Shown: positions 54,502 through 54,638 of the stretch, one piece after another
Position numbering within the stretch: the first letter of the stretch is position 1
Layout: every line of letters begins with the position of its first letter
Origin: Chloroflexota bacterium
GTDB taxonomy: Bacteria > Chloroflexota > Limnocylindria > QHBO01
DNA length: 54,638 nucleotides
Assembly (NCBI GenBank): GCA_040003165.1
Contig: JBDUDC010000001.1
Location: 1-54,638, forward strand
Reading direction: 5' to 3'
Position numbers and translations under genes: made by a program
The notes under the pieces: generated by a model
Seen by the model: the letters and a program-made list of their open reading frames with translations, nothing else
Told to the model about the DNA's origin: nothing
The model's database searches: none

Positions 54502-54638
54502 CTGACGAATCCGAACGCACTCCTGTCGCTGGACGACGCGCGGCGGCGGCTCCATGTGACCGGCCAGTCGGACGGCGGACTGCAGCAGCAGCGCGTCTTC
54601 CTCGAGGAGTCGGGACTCGGGCGCGCACGACCGGACGC
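54502..54638 (+). CDS. 5' part of an unidentified gene; start uncertain, continues beyond the window
   Basis: Coding-type GC3 begins right after the thiolase stop, in the same frame (..[45 protein letters not shown]). No ATG is present. Candidate starts are the CTG at 54502 and the GTG at 54556. Confidence 0.3.
   Translation, partial: MTNPNALLSLDDARRRLHVTGQSDGGLQQQRVFLEESGLGRARPD

Noticed and set aside
1-54638. Scan for tRNA, rRNA, tmRNA, RNase P, SRP RNA, CRISPR arrays, transposases, integrases and prophage genes.
   Set aside because: I saw no T-arm GGTTCGA-type context with matching acceptor stems and no conserved SRP or RNase P motifs. There are no short regularly spaced repeats and no recognisable mobile-element proteins. 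This was an eye scan only, so small RNAs could have been missed.

Overview
This is a high-GC (about 70% by eye), gene-dense bacterial chromosomal segment with roughly 60 protein genes on both strands. GC3 bias is very strong, so real reading frames separate easily from the many long antisense or shadow ORFs in the supplied track.

The content is mostly housekeeping and metabolic:
- a partial AlkD-like repair gene and a GH3 NagZ-like lipoprotein
- two two-component systems
- MMPL, MFS and EamA transporters
- an AAC(2')-like GNAT and MsrA
- two S9 peptidases and PFK
- an F420-type LLM oxidoreductase and an archaeal/eukaryote-type ProRS
- an ArsR-thioredoxin pair and an ECF sigma/anti-sigma module
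- cyclophilin, citrate synthase and CapA
- a four-subunit OorDABC-type 2-oxoacid:ferredoxin oxidoreductase and a 7Fe ferredoxin
- a beta-oxidation-like set (three crotonases, 3-hydroxyacyl-CoA dehydrogenase, thiolase)

Lipoproteins with Pro/Thr/Ser-rich linkers, F420 chemistry and many leaderless-looking starts suggest an Actinomycetota- or Chloroflexota-like monoderm. The taxon cannot be resolved from this window. I saw no rRNA, tRNA, CRISPR array, transposase, integrase, reverse transcriptase or phage genes.

The most notable unexplained signals are:
1. A ~200-nt hairpin-rich non-coding element occurs twice in the same orientation (5191-5398 and 15065-15273). One copy supplies the last 16 codons and the stop codon of a histidine kinase gene.
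2. A compact ECF sigma module has three promoters sharing GGAACC-N17-GTA(G/T). They sit in front of the sigma gene and in front of two tandem paralogous secreted, membrane-anchored proteins of unknown function.
3. KorB carries a C-terminal extension made of a tandem ~40-aa repeat, and a 632-aa orphan membrane protein follows the kor operon.
4. A 260-nt lower-GC intergenic region carries a 12-nt direct repeat upstream of a leaderless-looking beta-oxidation operon.

All functional calls come from hand recognition of motifs and family resemblance. No database search was run.
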